A stretch of 64,000 bases of DNA from Candidatus Bathyarchaeota archaeon (GCA_963807605.1 CAWECG010000003.1:1093265-1157264); one strand, 5' to 3'; shown: positions 41,896 through 52,260, numbered from the stretch's first letter. The notes: generated from the sequence alone by a model not told the origin. Program-made: numbers and translations.

Positions 41896-42441
41896 ATGAC
41901 TGAAGTGGCACCTCAAACGGAGAATCCAATGCGGAGGATCAGAATAAGCAAGGTCACCGTCAATATCGGCGTAGGCAAGTCTGGAGAACCACTCGAGAAG
42001 GCCAAAAAAGTCCTCCAGCAGATCAGCGGCCAAACCCCAGGCTCATGCAACGCAAGAAAAACCATCAAAGACTTCGGAATCAGAAAAGGAGAACCTATAG
42101 GATGCAAAGTGACTTTGAGAGGAGAGAAGGCTGCAAATTTTCTCAAGACCTCCCTCGTCGCGGTCAGCAATAGACTGAAAGAAACTTCCTTCGACCGGTA
42201 TGGAAACTTTGCCTTCGGAATAAAGGAACACATAGAGATACCAAAGACACGGTACGTTCCTGAACTCGGGATTTTTGGAATGGACGTGACAGTCACCCTG
42301 GAAAGGCCGGGGTACAGAGTGAAGAGGAGATCCTATCACCGCTCAAGAGTCGGGATATCTCATACAATAGAAAAAGACGAGGCCATCGAGTACGTCAAGC
42401 AGAACTTCGGAGCAGAGATTGTCGAGGAGGAGGCTGCATGA
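41896..42441 (+). CDS. rpl5: 50S ribosomal protein uL5
   Basis: [26 protein letters not shown]. Confidence 0.96.
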   Translation: MTEVAPQTENPMRRIRISKVTVNIGVGKSGEPLEKAKKVLQQISGQTPGSCNARKTIKDFGIRKGEPIGCKVTLRGEKAANFLKTSLVAVSNRLKETSFDRYGNFAFGIKEHIEIPKTRYVPELGIFGMDVTVTLERPGYRVKRRSYHRSRVGISHTIEKDEAIEYVKQNFGAEIVEEEAA

Positions 42442-42599
42442 AACAGAAGTCAAAGAAAGAGAGAAGCATCGGAAAAGGGAGCAGACCTTGCAGGAGATGC
42501 GGCCAGCAAGGCCCCGTCATAAGAAAATACGGATTGATGCTCTGCCGCCAATGCTTTAGAGAAGCGGCGAAATCCCTAGGATTCCGAAAGTATGAATGA
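42438..42599 (+). CDS. rps14: 30S ribosomal protein uS14 (Zn-binding, 53 aa; missing from ORF track)
   Basis: [22 protein letters not shown]...[15 protein letters not shown]...GFRKYE. Confidence 0.95.
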   Translation: MKQKSKKERSIGKGSRPCRRCGQQGPVIRKYGLMLCRQCFREAAKSLGFRKYE

Positions 42600-42610
42600 G
42601 GATTATTAGT

Positions 42611-43003
42611 ATGACATTACTCGACCCACTAGCAAATGCACTCTCAACAATTGTTGAGACTGAGAAGAGACGGAAAAGGGAATGTCTAGTATGGCCAGCA
42701 TCCAAATTGATGGGACAGGTACTAAGAGTCATGCAGAAGAACGGATACGTCGGCGAGTTCGAATTCATAGACGACGGAAGATCTGGAAAATTCAGAATCC
42801 AGCTTCTCGGCAGAATAAACAAGTGTGGAGTCATCAAGCCCAGGTACTCCGTGAAAATCGATAAACTCGAATTCTGGGAGAAGAGATACCTGCCTTCAAG
42901 AAGCCTGGGTACACTAGTCCTCACAACCTCTGAAGGGGTCATCTCAAACAAGGAAGCTAAGGAGAAGCGTGAAGGCGGTAAACTCATCGCCTACGTCTAT
43001 TAG
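42611..43003 (+). CDS. rps8: 30S ribosomal protein uS8
   Basis: [28 protein letters not shown]. Confidence 0.96.
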   Translation: MTLLDPLANALSTIVETEKRRKRECLVWPASKLMGQVLRVMQKNGYVGEFEFIDDGRSGKFRIQLLGRINKCGVIKPRYSVKIDKLEFWEKRYLPSRSLGTLVLTTSEGVISNKEAKEKREGGKLIAYVY

Positions 43004-43017
43004 GAGGCCCAACTCGA

Positions 43018-43560
43018 TTGGTAGTCAGTAAAACGGTTGAGAGAGTCATCGAGATTCCACCAGAAGTTGATGTCGAAATATCAGGAAGAACAGTTAAGAT
43101 GAAAGGCCCACGAGGAACCTTAACCGAAGACCTCTCACACCTACCAATCAATCTTGCCCTCAAAGACAAGAGACTGACAGTTGAGGTGGCCTGGCCCAGG
43201 AAGAGGGAATACGCCATGGCAGGGACCGCCGCAGCACACATCAGAAACATGATAAAAGGCGTGACCAAAGGTTTCACGTACAAATTGAAGCTAGTTCACT
43301 CCCACTTCCCAATAAACGTCAAAGTGAAAGAGGACAAGAAGGTACTTCTGATAGAGAACTTTACAGGCGAAAAATCTCCAAGAATCATCAAACTCGTCGG
43401 TGACGTATCTGTCAAGGTTGCACAGGACGACATAATCGTAGAAGGTACAAACCTCAGCGACGTAAGCCAAACCGCCGCGAACATAGAGCACGGCACAAAG
43501 ATCAAAGACAAAGACCAGCGGGTCTTCCTAGACGGCATCTACATCTTCGAGAAGGCATAG
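43018..43560 (+). CDS. rpl6: 50S ribosomal protein uL6
   Basis: NMIKGVTKGF, HFPI, DQRVFLDGIY. Confidence 0.96.
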   Translation: MVVSKTVERVIEIPPEVDVEISGRTVKMKGPRGTLTEDLSHLPINLALKDKRLTVEVAWPRKREYAMAGTAAAHIRNMIKGVTKGFTYKLKLVHSHFPINVKVKEDKKVLLIENFTGEKSPRIIKLVGDVSVKVAQDDIIVEGTNLSDVSQTAANIEHGTKIKDKDQRVFLDGIYIFEKA

Positions 43561-43569
43561 TGAGACGCC

Positions 43570-44058
43570 ATGACCACAGACAGACCACGACCCAAAGCTC
43601 ATTCGAAGCCGAAGATACGGCGTCAAGAGAGCTGGCGCTACACAAGAGTGTCAGAGAGCTGGAGGAAACCAAGGGGCAAGACCAGCAGGATGAGAATAAG
43701 AAGAAAAGGATGGCCTGCCATCGCAAGCATCGGATACAAGGGACCTCGAGAGTACAGGATGGTACATCCATCAGGTCTGCGTGAGAAGCTCATCCACAGA
43801 CCAGAAGAACTCACAGGATTGTCTCCGGATAAAGAGGCCGTCAGGATAGCTGCCACTGTTGGCGAACGCAAGAGGGTCGCAATAGTAGATCAAGCCCAGC
43901 AACTTGGGCTTAGAATACTCAACCCTAGAGCCCCCAAGGCTGAGGCCGAAGCCCCTACACCTAAGGAAGAGGCAGCGGAGATAGCCGAAACCACCGAACC
44001 AATCAAGACTGAGGAAGAGACCGAAGAATCCAAGTCTGAGACGGTGAATAAAGAGTGA
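43570..44058 (+). CDS. rpl32e: 50S ribosomal protein eL32 with acidic C-terminal tail
   Basis: WRKPRG, IGYKGP, HPSGLRE, RILNP. Confidence 0.93.
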   Translation: MTTDRPRPKAHSKPKIRRQESWRYTRVSESWRKPRGKTSRMRIRRKGWPAIASIGYKGPREYRMVHPSGLREKLIHRPEELTGLSPDKEAVRIAATVGERKRVAIVDQAQQLGLRILNPRAPKAEAEAPTPKEEAAEIAETTEPIKTEEETEESKSETVNKE

Positions 44059-44489
44059 GTCTAAAAAGTCAAAGGCGCATGGCCGCTTCACTGATGAAGG
44101 CTGGCCAGTCTAGGCTCTGGATAAACCCAGAGGAACTAGAGAAGGTTGAGTCAGCGATAACCAAAGATGAGGTACGAAAGCTTATACACGAGGGTGTGAT
44201 AGCCAAAAAACCGAAACGCGGCGTTAGTCGGGGCAGACATAGAACCAAGGCCAGAAAGAAAACAGGTAGAGGCCAAGGTTCGAAAAAGGGGTCAAGTCAC
44301 AACCGAAAAAGGATCTGGGTAGATAAAATAAGAACTCTCAGATCCAGACTCCGAGAACTAAGAACCAAAAGAGTCATAACTAAACAGATCTATCGCAAAC
44401 TCCTTCCAATGGCTAAGGGAGATGCCTTCAGAAGTGTCTCCCACCTCAACGCATACTTGGAAGCTCACAACTTAGTAAGGAGGAGATGA
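44055..44489 (+). CDS. rpl19e: 50S ribosomal protein eL19
   Basis: LKSQRRMAA, GVSRGR, GSKKG. Confidence 0.95.
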   Translation: MSLKSQRRMAASLMKAGQSRLWINPEELEKVESAITKDEVRKLIHEGVIAKKPKRGVSRGRHRTKARKKTGRGQGSKKGSSHNRKRIWVDKIRTLRSRLRELRTKRVITKQIYRKLLPMAKGDAFRSVSHLNAYLEAHNLVRRR

Positions 44490-45100
44490 ATGTGGCAAGA
44501 GGACCAAGATACAGCCTGCCTTTCCGCAGAAGAAGAGAGCAGAAGACTGACTATGAGAGCCGAAGAACTTTGCTAGCTTCAGGCATCCCACGTCTTGTCA
44601 TCAGAATAACTGGAAAGCACACGATTGCCCAACTTACCGAGTCGACACCTCTGGGCGACAAGGTCTTAGCACACGCCAACTCGGGAGAGTTGACGAGCAA
44701 GTACGGGTGGAAAGGAGGGTCTAGGGACCTTCCGGCAGCCTATCTTACAGGACTGTTAGCGGGTATGAGAGCAAGCTCAAACTCTGTGAATGAGGCGATC
44801 GTAGACGTAGGATTAAGAAGGGTAACAAAGGGCTCAAGAGTATTCTCCGCCCTGAAGGGTGCAGCAGATTCAGGACTCAAGATTCCCTACAGCGAAGACA
44901 TCCTCCCCGACAAAACAAGAGTAAGAGGGGAACATATAGCAAACTACGCCAAGGCATTATCATCAGACCCAGAACAGTATAAGAGACGATTTTCAAGATA
45001 TCTAGCTTCAGGGCTCAAACCTGAAAATCTCCCGGAACATTTCGAACAGGTTAAGAAGCAGATGATGGAGTCTCAGAGGAAGGAAGCGCAATCAGCATGA
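44486..45100 (+). CDS. rpl18: 50S ribosomal protein uL18
   Basis: FRRRREQKTDY, PAAYLTGLLAG. Confidence 0.95.
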   Translation: MNVARGPRYSLPFRRRREQKTDYESRRTLLASGIPRLVIRITGKHTIAQLTESTPLGDKVLAHANSGELTSKYGWKGGSRDLPAAYLTGLLAGMRASSNSVNEAIVDVGLRRVTKGSRVFSALKGAADSGLKIPYSEDILPDKTRVRGEHIANYAKALSSDPEQYKRRFSRYLASGLKPENLPEHFEQVKKQMMESQRKEAQSA

Positions 45101-45726
45101 GCCAGACATCAACTAGGACTGCAGAAGCCGGTTGGACTCCCAAGACCAAAATCGGTAAACTGGTACAGGAAGGGAAGATAACATCTCTCGAGGAGATATA
45201 CATGCAAGGGCAGAAGGTGCTTGAGCCAGAGATAATCGACGTTCTCCTGCCAAATCTCCAACAGAAAGTCTTGGGGATAGGTCTGGTACAGAAACAGACA
45301 GATGCTGGTGAACGTTCAAGATTCAAAGCAGTAGTCGCCGTTGGAGACGGCCAGGGATACCTAGGGGTTGGATTGGGAAAGGCCAGTCAGGTCAGGACAG
45401 CCATAGGCAAAGCAACCGTCCAAGCGAAGCTGGCGGTCATACCCATCAGGCGAGGTTGCGGAAGCTGGGAGTGCGGATGCAGTCTCCCACACTCGTTACC
45501 CTTCAAGGTTCAGGGTAAGTGTGGAAGCGTGAGGGTTGAGATGATTCCAGGACCTAGAGGACTGGGACTCGTTGGCGGCGAGTTCGTCAAGATCATCCTC
45601 GGTCTCACTGGAATAAGGGATTGCTGGACTAGAACCTTCGGCTCGACAAATACCCTGACCTCGATAGCATATGCAATCTATGATGCACTAAGGAACACTT
45701 ACACAATGGTTAACGTAACCGGATGA
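45097..45726 (+). CDS. rps5: 30S ribosomal protein uS5
   Basis: WTPKTKIG, VQKQTDAG, RRGCGSWEC. Confidence 0.96.
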   Translation: MSQTSTRTAEAGWTPKTKIGKLVQEGKITSLEEIYMQGQKVLEPEIIDVLLPNLQQKVLGIGLVQKQTDAGERSRFKAVVAVGDGQGYLGVGLGKASQVRTAIGKATVQAKLAVIPIRRGCGSWECGCSLPHSLPFKVQGKCGSVRVEMIPGPRGLGLVGGEFVKIILGLTGIRDCWTRTFGSTNTLTSIAYAIYDALRNTYTMVNVTG

Positions 45727-45767
45727 GCAAAGCCAGCCGACATGTTGAGGAATTTAGGTAAGGTTTT

Positions 45768-46259
45768 ATGACGCAAGAAAAGACAGGCTGTCTACTAGCC
45801 GTAAGGGTGAGAGGCTCGGCTGGGCTTCGACATCAGGTCGAAGCGATACTTGAAGTGCTTGGTCTGAACCGAAGAAACCAGGCTATCCTTTTGAAGGACA
45901 GTCCGGCAGCGAGGGGCGCTCTCAAGAAAGCAAAAGACGCACTCTTCTGGGGTAAAGCAAGCGAGGAGATCATCACCTCACTCCTGACTTCAAGATCGAG
46001 ACTTTCCGGTTCCAGAAGACTGACCGACGCTGAGGCAAAGAAGAGGTTCGGTGTTGAGAGCATTAAAGCCCTTGCAAAGTCGCTCAGCAGCGGGGATCTA
46101 ACGTTACACGAACTAAAAAGAAAGGGCCTCTCCACAAGATTCAACCTTCACCCGCCAAAGCACGGTTTTGCAGGGAGTCTAAGAGATCCCTTTGGGAAAG
46201 GCGGCGAGCTTGGATTTAGAGCAGAATCCTTACGAGAGATTGTTGAGAGAATGATCTAG
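45768..46259 (+). CDS. rpl30: 50S ribosomal protein uL30
   Basis: AVRVRG, FNLHPPKHGF, GELGFR. Confidence 0.93.
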   Translation: MTQEKTGCLLAVRVRGSAGLRHQVEAILEVLGLNRRNQAILLKDSPAARGALKKAKDALFWGKASEEIITSLLTSRSRLSGSRRLTDAEAKKRFGVESIKALAKSLSSGDLTLHELKRKGLSTRFNLHPPKHGFAGSLRDPFGKGGELGFRAESLREIVERMI

Positions 46260-46273
46260 GAGAATATGCGACG

Positions 46274-46711
46274 ATGGCTACGAGAAGGAAGAAGACTAGG
46301 CGAATGCGGGGGTCAAGGACACACGGCTGGGGAGTCTCAGGACAGCACAGAGATTCTGGAATGAGGGGTGGAAGAGGAAAGTCAGGAACTTTCAAACATA
46401 AATGGACCAGTGTCGTTAGGTACGGCGAAGTCAAAAAGGGCGGCGCGCGCGCGCGCGAAAAGGGTGGCTTCACGAGTCCAAAAGGCTTGAAGAAGAGAAG
46501 GGCGATAAATGTTGGTGAACTCAATCTGCTCACACAAACAACCCAGAGTGGAAAAGGCCCCATCACCTTGGACCTAACCTCGCTTGGCTTCGATAAACTT
46601 CTAGGCCGAGGCTTAGTCCAGATGCCCTTCAATATCAAGGTCGCAAAGTCTTCAAGATCCGCGGCCAAGAAGATTGCCGACGCCGGAGGGGCCGTCGCTA
46701 CAGGTGGCTAG
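46274..46711 (+). CDS. rpl15: 50S ribosomal protein uL15
   Basis: RGSRTHGWG, GGRG, KLLGRG, KIADAGG. Confidence 0.93.
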   Translation: MATRRKKTRRMRGSRTHGWGVSGQHRDSGMRGGRGKSGTFKHKWTSVVRYGEVKKGGARAREKGGFTSPKGLKKRRAINVGELNLLTQTTQSGKGPITLDLTSLGFDKLLGRGLVQMPFNIKVAKSSRSAAKKIADAGGAVATGG

Positions 46712-46719
46712 GTGAGGCT

Positions 46720-48135
46720 TTGCCGAGATTCATAGAGTTATTCAAGCCCATAGTAAGATTCTTTCCGGATGTGAAGAAGCCTGACCGGAGGGTTGCCTTC
46801 AACGAGAAACTCTTCTGGACGGCGATCGTTCTAGTAGTCTACCTTGTGATGAGTGAAGTTCCCCTTCTCGGAGTTGGGTTGAATGGAGCCCAAGATCCTC
46901 TCGGCTCATTGAGAGTGATCTTCGCTTCAAACAGAGGAACCTTGATGGAGCTGGGGATCGGCCCGATAGTCACTGCTGGGCTGATACTCCAGATACTGAG
47001 TGGCTCCAAGATGATAGATGTTGACATGTCAGATGCTGAGGATAGGTCTCTCTTTACAGGGGCTAGCAAGATACTGGCTGTCTTGATGACGCTCTTTGAG
47101 GCTTTAGCTTACATAATCGGTGGGGCATACGGTCACCTCACGGTTCAAAATCAACTTGGAATCTTAGGCCAACTTTTAGCCGCAGGCATCATACTGATGC
47201 TTCTTGATGAGTTGCTGCAGAAGGGCTGGGGTATAGGAAGCGGCATCAGCCTCTTCATAGCTGCAGGGGTCGCCCAGAGGATATGGTGGGATCTTGTGGC
47301 GCCCGTAGGTCCGATGGCGGATAAGAAATTCCTAGGCGCCCTTCTAGCGTTCGCCCAGTCCTCCCAGAGAGGCGAGGGACTGCAGGGCCTCACTCGGACC
47401 GGCGGCCTCCCAGATATGGTCGGCCTCATCACGACAGCCATTGCCATAATTGTCGTAGTCTGGATGAGCGGCCTGAAGGTTAGCATTCCCGTCTCATATG
47501 CAAAGTACAGAGGCTTCCGCGGCACCTTTCCAATAAAATTCCTATACGTCTCAAACATCCCCGTCATCTTTGCAGCAGCCCTCTTCGGAAACGTCTACTT
47601 CATAACCCAACTCATCTGGCAGCGGTACAACTCGCTCAACACAAACTTCTGGCTTAACCTTCTCGGAACCTTCACGTCAAGTCAGAATAGCCTCAACCCC
47701 GTAGGAGGTCTGGTCTATTACCTTTCGCCACCCAGAAGCCTAGTTGCTCTTGTTGAAAATCCTCTAAGGGCAGGAGTCTACCTCCTCCTCTTTATAGTGG
47801 TCTGCGTCTTCTTCGCAGTGACGTGGGTCGAGGTTGGTGGAATGGATGCAAAGTCTGTGGCACAGCAGCTTCTCGAGTCGGGAATGCAGATCGAAGGCTT
47901 CAGAAGATCGAGTGCACCAATCCAGCAGCTCCTCTCACGCTACATCCCAACTGTGACGGTGCTAGGAGCTATCGCTGTAGCTGTCCTAGCTGCTGGTGCG
48001 GATTTCCTAGGAGCCTTCGGCTCGGGTACAGGAATTCTGCTGACCGTCGGCATCATAGAACAATACTATGAACAGCTCGTCCAAGAAAGGGTCAGTGAGA
48101 TGTTTCCGGCTGTGAGAGCCTTCCTCGGCGAGTGA
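46720..48135 (+). CDS. secY: Preprotein translocase SecY
   Basis: GTLMELGIGPIVTAGLILQ, GSGISLFI, YVSNIPVI, GTGILL. Confidence 0.96.
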   Translation: MPRFIELFKPIVRFFPDVKKPDRRVAFNEKLFWTAIVLVVYLVMSEVPLLGVGLNGAQDPLGSLRVIFASNRGTLMELGIGPIVTAGLILQILSGSKMIDVDMSDAEDRSLFTGASKILAVLMTLFEALAYIIGGAYGHLTVQNQLGILGQLLAAGIILMLLDELLQKGWGIGSGISLFIAAGVAQRIWWDLVAPVGPMADKKFLGALLAFAQSSQRGEGLQGLTRTGGLPDMVGLITTAIAIIVVVWMSGLKVSIPVSYAKYRGFRGTFPIKFLYVSNIPVIFAAALFGNVYFITQLIWQRYNSLNTNFWLNLLGTFTSSQNSLNPVGGLVYYLSPPRSLVALVENPLRAGVYLLLFIVVCVFFAVTWVEVGGMDAKSVAQQLLESGMQIEGFRRSSAPIQQLLSRYIPTVTVLGAIAVAVLAAGADFLGAFGSGTGILLTVGIIEQYYEQLVQERVSEMFPAVRAFLGE

Positions 48136-48142
48136 GAAGATA

Positions 48143-48730
48143 GTGGGACCGACAATAATCATTACAGGCGCACCTGGAGTCGGCAAGACCTCCATTATAA
48201 GTGAACTTACAAGGATCGCAAAGAAGGAAGGGAGAAAGATCAGAGTCATAAACTTCGGGACGACCATGAAGGGGCTTCTAGAATCCGCTGAGGAGATGAT
48301 TCACCGGGACCAGATAAGAAAGGAGAATCTCAACCTTCAGCGAAGGATCCAGTCAGAGGCTGCAAGGGAGATCTCGAAAACGAAGAACGAGGATATTCTG
48401 ATAGTTGATACTCATCTGTTCATTAGGACAGTCGCAGGAGCCTTTCCCGCACTGCCAGAGACAGTACTGAAGGAGCTGGAACCCTCAGTCCTAGTCTTGG
48501 TCGAGGCCAATCCCGAGGATATAGCCAAGAGAAGGAGTGGAAATGGGAACAGACATCGAGATCAACAGACACTTGATGATGTAAGATTCGATCTTGAATG
48601 GAGCAGGAAGACGGCGGCAGCCTGCGCTGTAATCTCAGGAGCCCCGGTCTTAATGATTAGGAATGAGGAGGGGCGTCAAATCGAGGCTGCCCAACGAATA
48701 CTTCAGATCGTCAAAGAAGGAGGACTTTAG
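48143..48730 (+). CDS. adk: Archaeal adenylate kinase
   Basis: GAPGVGKT, INFG, HRDQIRK, VDTH. Confidence 0.92.
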   Translation: MGPTIIITGAPGVGKTSIISELTRIAKKEGRKIRVINFGTTMKGLLESAEEMIHRDQIRKENLNLQRRIQSEAAREISKTKNEDILIVDTHLFIRTVAGAFPALPETVLKELEPSVLVLVEANPEDIAKRRSGNGNRHRDQQTLDDVRFDLEWSRKTAAACAVISGAPVLMIRNEEGRQIEAAQRILQIVKEGGL

Positions 48731-48731
48731 G

Positions 48732-49235
48732 TTGTTCGAGGATATTTGGACTTGGCTAATGAATTCGCTTCAACCTTACGCTGAGATGCCGCACTCAACA
48801 ATATTCGTAATTGCAGTAGCCTTCGCCCTCTCACTTACAACAAACCTGGCAAATCGCTTCCTCGTCGATGTCGATAAGATGAAGTCTGTAATGGCCGAGG
48901 TCAACGCGTGGAGAAAGGAATTCGACCAAGCCCGAAAGACCGATAATAAACAATTGATGGCCAAGGCTATGAAGAGGCAGAAGGCAATAATGCAGCTCCA
49001 AAGCAAGGCAATGTGGGACCGAATGAAGGTCAGCTTCACCTATCTTGGACCCTTCTGGATAATCTTCTATGTGTTAAGCAGCTTCTTTAAGACGAGGCCA
49101 GTAGCCCATTCCCCATTCACATTCCCCTTCCTACTCAGCAACGACATGCTCTTCACCGCTTGGTACATAGCCTGTTCATTAGCATTCAGCCTACCACTCT
49201 CACGAGCACTAGGCGTCAACCCCGAGATGGGATGA
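48732..49235 (+). CDS. EMC3/TMCO1 (DUF106) Oxa1-superfamily insertase
   Basis: TM-coiled coil-TM-TM, WYIACS; conserved position after adk. Confidence 0.88.
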   Translation: MFEDIWTWLMNSLQPYAEMPHSTIFVIAVAFALSLTTNLANRFLVDVDKMKSVMAEVNAWRKEFDQARKTDNKQLMAKAMKRQKAIMQLQSKAMWDRMKVSFTYLGPFWIIFYVLSSFFKTRPVAHSPFTFPFLLSNDMLFTAWYIACSLAFSLPLSRALGVNPEMG

Positions 49236-49274
49236 TCCCCCCTAACATAATTCCAGACGAGCTTGGTGGGATTG

Positions 49275-49847
49275 ATGGCCATCGTCATCACTGTGGGCGG
49301 GCTGCACGGAACAGGAAAATCGACGTACGCAAGAATATTGTCTGAAGACCTAGAACTCAGGCACACATCGGCTGGAGAGATCTTCCGGGCAATGGCTCAT
49401 GCCAAGAATATGAGCGTGGAAGAGTTAAACAAGGTAGCTGAAGCAGATCCGGCTATAGACAGGGAGATAGACGAGAGGATGAGGAGCGAAGCCTCCATAG
49501 GAAACGTTGTTCTAGATGGGCAACTCACTGCCTGGATGGCTGGCGATGAAGCTGACCTTAAGATACTTCTCATCGCTCCTAAAGAGGTCAGGATTAACAG
49601 ACTCGCCGCAAGGGACGGCCTCAACCTCAAGGAGACTGAGGACAAGACTCTTGGCAGGGAGGAGGTTGAGAGAGAACGCTACAGAAGATACTACGGAATA
49701 GACGTGTCAGACCCCTCGATATATGACTTTATAGTCGACACAAACCTTTACCCCCTTGAGGAGATGGCGAAAATTCTTAAGAAGATAGTCAGAGACTACA
49801 TTGGCGAGATCACAAAGAAAGGGAAGAGACTCAATGTCCCCGCTTGA
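49275..49847 (+). CDS. cmk: Cytidylate kinase
   Basis: GLHGTGKST, SAGEIFR, RYRRYYGID. Confidence 0.93.
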   Translation: MAIVITVGGLHGTGKSTYARILSEDLELRHTSAGEIFRAMAHAKNMSVEELNKVAEADPAIDREIDERMRSEASIGNVVLDGQLTAWMAGDEADLKILLIAPKEVRINRLAARDGLNLKETEDKTLGREEVERERYRRYYGIDVSDPSIYDFIVDTNLYPLEEMAKILKKIVRDYIGEITKKGKRLNVPA

Positions 49848-50154
49848 GATCGGTTCAATCTGCGTCAAGACTTTTGGCAGAGAAAAAGGCAAACGGTGCG
49901 TAATAATAGACTTGATAAACAAGAACTTCGTCCTAGTCACAGGCCCGCCCATGACAACCGGCGTCAAAAGAAGAAGAGCAAACGTCAGGCACCTCGAGCA
50001 GACGACAGACAAGATCAACATCAAGAAAGGCTCCACTGATGAAGAAGTAGCACAGTCTCTTGAGAAGAGCAAGATCCAAACGCCCAAACCACAATCCGAA
50101 GCCAAACGCAAACATACCCGGAGAGAAGGCGAAGAGCCAAAGAATACTGTTTAA
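49834..50154 (+). CDS. rpl14e: 50S ribosomal protein eL14
   Basis: GSICVKTFGREKG, FVLVTGP, GVKRRRAN. Confidence 0.93.
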   Translation: MSPLEIGSICVKTFGREKGKRCVIIDLINKNFVLVTGPPMTTGVKRRRANVRHLEQTTDKINIKKGSTDEEVAQSLEKSKIQTPKPQSEAKRKHTRREGEEPKNTV

Positions 50155-50187
50155 TTCTCAGCCCCGCCATCCATGGACTGAAGTTCC

Positions 50188-51217
50188 ATGGATGATAATG
50201 CACCAATCTGGGAAGCGAAGAGGCAACTGAAGATCCTCGCCAATGCAGAGACGGATCCGCAATACGGAAGGAGACCTGCCGAGAGATCGATTGAGGAATA
50301 TCTCCGGCTTGGAGCAGTAAACCTAGACAAACCGCCAAACCCGTCAAGTAGTGAGGTCGTAGCTTGGGTCAAGCGAATCCTTGGAGTCTCGCACGCCGGC
50401 CATGGTGGAACCCTAGAGGCTGAGAAGCCGGGGAGACCCGATGGTTACGGGCGTACTCCCCATCACGCTTGAGGATGCAACAAAGGCCATACAAGTATTC
50501 CTCCTCTCAGGAAAAGAGTACGTCTGCCTAATGCAGGTCCACAGCGATAAGCCTGAAGAGACGATCCAGTCTATACTCAATGAGTTCACGGGTGAGATCT
50601 ACCAGAAGCCACCTCTGAGAGCCTCGGTGAAGAGAGAGACCAGAAGGAGGACAATATACAAGATAGACCTCCTCGAGATCGACGGCAGAAGGGTTCTCTT
50701 CAGAGTTGCCTGCCAAGCTGGAACATACATCAGGAAGCTATGCTCAGATATAGGAGAGGCCCTGGGCTGTGGAGCCCATATGAACGAGCTGAGAAGGACA
50801 AGAGCAGGCCCATTCAACGAGGACGAGAATAGCTATACTCTCCACGAGCTTCAAGAGGCCAAGAGAATCTACGATGAGGAAGGCCGCGAAGAACAGTTAA
50901 GGCTGGTAGTCCAGCCGGTTGAAGGAGCCTTCAAGTACCTCTCGAAGATCTATATTCGAGACTCTGCAGTCGACGCCATCTGTCATGGCGCAGAACTTGC
51001 CATCCCTGGAATAGTCAAGTTAGAGACAGGAATCAAATCAAAGAGTCTAGTAGGCATATTCACGCTTAAAGACGAGGTTGTAGCCCTCGCAGAAGCTCAG
51101 CAGTCCACAGAGAATATTCTGGCTGCTGAGAAAGGCATCGCAGCGAAAACCAAGAGAGTCATAATGAGAACTGGAACATATTCTAGAGAATGGAGAAGCA
51201 GACAGAAACCTGACTAA
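50188..51217 (+). CDS. cbf5: H/ACA pseudouridine synthase Cbf5; exons 50188-50416 and 50436-51217, 19-nt intron
   Basis: LDKP, HGGTL[intron][27 protein letters not shown] domain; spliced CDS = 336 aa. Confidence 0.93.
50417..50435 (+). other. BHB-type mRNA intron in cbf5
   Basis: CCCT-AG|A-GGCT GAGA AGCC-GGGG-AG|A; removal restores the frame and Asp codon G|AC. Confidence 0.9.
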
Positions 51218-51394
51218 TGACTCTGTTGACAAAGGAATTTGAGGGCGACTCCAAGCCAACGAAGAATTGCTCAAACAGATCTCAGACAATTGTTTTTGTG
51301 TGTCTGACCGATGAGGACGATCCATAGACTCTCACCCGACCTATGCTAGTCATAGGCCATTCATCATCGCACTCAAGAATTTGAGGAAAGGATT

Positions 51395-51913
51395 ATGCTG
51401 ACTCTTGATGTTGGATGCGGCGAGAACAAGCGTGGCGACATTGGGACGGACGTAAAGCTAACGCCATGCGTTGATGTAGTAAGCAGCACATACCATCTGC
51501 CTTTCAAAGCCCAGACATTTGACAGCGTACACTTACTTGAGGTTCTTGAACACCTTGAAAATCCCTCAGATGCATTGAGAGAGATCAATAGAGTTCTCAA
51601 GCAAGATGGCATCCTCCACTGCTCTACCCCTAACGTCTACTGGTGTGGCAGAATACTTAGAGTCCTTCTCCACAAACCTATTGACGAGTGCTACACTTCT
51701 CACGAACACATCAATTCATGGACTATCTATGAGACAAGACACTTACTCAATCACAATGGATTTAGACTTCAAGATTACCGCTACGCTAACTCAGATTCTT
51801 ACAGGGGGGTAAGTCGACTTTTTGAGATTCTCCGATTGAATAGAATCCTCAAGGCCCTAACGAATCACCAGCTATTCTTCTCGGTTAAGAAAATAAGTCA
51901 TGAACCGTTCTGA
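51395..51913 (+). CDS. Class I SAM-dependent methyltransferase
   Basis: LDVGCG, LPF...FD, EVLEHL, RVLKQDG..STPN. Confidence 0.88.
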   Translation: MLTLDVGCGENKRGDIGTDVKLTPCVDVVSSTYHLPFKAQTFDSVHLLEVLEHLENPSDALREINRVLKQDGILHCSTPNVYWCGRILRVLLHKPIDECYTSHEHINSWTIYETRHLLNHNGFRLQDYRYANSDSYRGVSRLFEILRLNRILKALTNHQLFFSVKKISHEPF

Positions 51914-52048
51914 TCGAATTCTATGGTGGAGCGCATATTCCTGAACAGACTAGAAATGGAGAAATAAGGAGAGCAGAAGGATCCAGACAAGGCAATTTTC
52001 CGCGATGAGAAACAACTTTAAACTAAGCCCATAGACCACGATATTTCA

Positions 52049-52166
52049 GCCGGGATTCCCGAGCCTGGTACGGGGCAGTTTCGATTAGAAGCCCATGCCT
52101 GGAAACAGACTTGAAAGCCTGTGGTCCTCACGGGCCTCGTGGGTTCAAATCCCACTCCCGGCGCCA
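52049..52166 (+). tRNA. tRNA-Ser(GGA) with two introns (29/30 and 37/38)
   Basis: Removing 52079-52096 and 52105-52115 gives an 89-nt cloverleaf with loop CT GGA AA, long variable arm, G73, CCA; TTTAAA box at ~52017. Confidence 0.9.
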
Positions 52167-52260
52167 AGATGTAATTCAGCAACCGGAAGATTTGCAGAAT
52201 CCCTGATGATCGATGGTTTGAATAATATCCGTGGAAGCCTCTCCCTCGCAGATGTTGTAG

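Noticed and set aside
50188-51217. cbf5 as two genes or a sequencing frameshift
   Set aside because: The extra 19 nt form a BHB at the catalytic Asp codon, so an intron explains it better.
51218-51394. RNase P or SRP RNA after cbf5
   Set aside because: No GAGGAAAGTCC or SRP helix-8 motif, and the gap is too short.
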